A stretch of DNA of 64,000 nucleotides from Candidatus Electronema sp. JM (GTDB lineage: Bacteria > Desulfobacterota > Desulfobulbia > Desulfobulbales > Desulfobulbaceae): assembly GCF_048287415.1 (NCBI RefSeq), contig NZ_JBLWEN010000001.1, positions 88,790-152,789 of the forward strand, written 5' to 3'. The translations under genes were made by a program, and so were the position numbers. Below, one piece after another: positions 63,861-64,000 of the stretch. Within the stretch, counting starts at the first letter, position 1, and every line of letters begins with the position of its first letter. Under the pieces are notes generated by a model that saw only the letters and a program-made list of their open reading frames with translations, did not search any database and was not told where the DNA came from.

Positions 63861-64000
63861 TTATTTGATTGCAATCACGATCAAGGCAAAAACGACAAAC
63901 CCGATGAACATGACATCCAGTTTGTCAAACCGGGTGAAGATGCGGCGGAATCCCTTCAGCCTTCTGAACAGCCGCCCGACTTCATTCCGTTTTTCATACA
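63861..64000 (-). mobile_element. IS5-family (DDE_Tnp_1-type) transposase gene, 3' end only (continues beyond the window)
   Basis: The minus-strand translation YEKRNEVGRLFRRLKGFRRIFTRFDKLDVMFIGFVVFALIVIAIK* matches the conserved Y..RN.vER.F..LK.fRRi.tRydK C-terminal signature of IS5-family transposases. Confidence 0.7.

Overview
This is a high-GC bacterial chromosomal window. Hand-counted 100-nt samples of the backbone give about 63% GC. The gene content looks deltaproteobacterial/Desulfobacterota-like: DUF4390 + NtrY/NtrX-type sigma-54 signalling, a NifU-like + GGGtGRT pair, a DUF134 + NifX-like pair, and a hemerythrin. I cannot verify taxonomy. All domain calls come from motif recognition by eye; no BLAST or HMM search was possible.

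Housekeeping genes:
- A ClC channel (5' partial) and a PheA P-protein.
- gyrA, and gyrB carrying a 433-aa HNH-type intein.
- sbcC, gmhB, trmFO, an FKBP isomerase, and a TSUP permease with a TIGR02186-like partner.

Accessory and mosaic content:
1. About 5 kb of compositionally foreign genes lies between gyrB and gyrA: a GT2 gene at about 27% GC, two Rpn/PD-(D/E)XK paralogs and a TPR protein. It is capped by an array of about 10 short palindromes with a 21-bp period.
2. A NACHT-like NTPase fused to an FGE-sulfatase domain sits divergent from a 1416-aa PPDK-like protein. That protein keeps only the ATP-grasp and swivelling-His modules.
3. A four-gene, translationally coupled island at about 36% GC spans 39496-43353. 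It encodes a small helical protein, a HEAT-like protein, an SPFH-like coiled-coil protein and a polytopic LysM membrane protein. I cannot assign it to any named system, and it is my best candidate for something new.
4. A ROCO protein (LRR-Roc-COR) is broken by a single in-frame TGA. Four 16-bp palindromes on an exact 23-bp period and a sigma-54-like promoter lie upstream of it.
5. A tight operon encodes a YgiT-type zinc finger, two T2SSE_N-DUF202 membrane proteins, a histidine kinase and a REC protein. It is followed by a duplicated ROCO 5' fragment, a PpsA-like protein with a non-canonical C-terminal domain, and a second REC.
6. A REP/MITE-like repeat family is built around a perfect 24-nt palindrome. 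One copy appears to be disrupted by an IS5-family element at the window edge.

An IS110 pseudogene abuts the gyrA stop.
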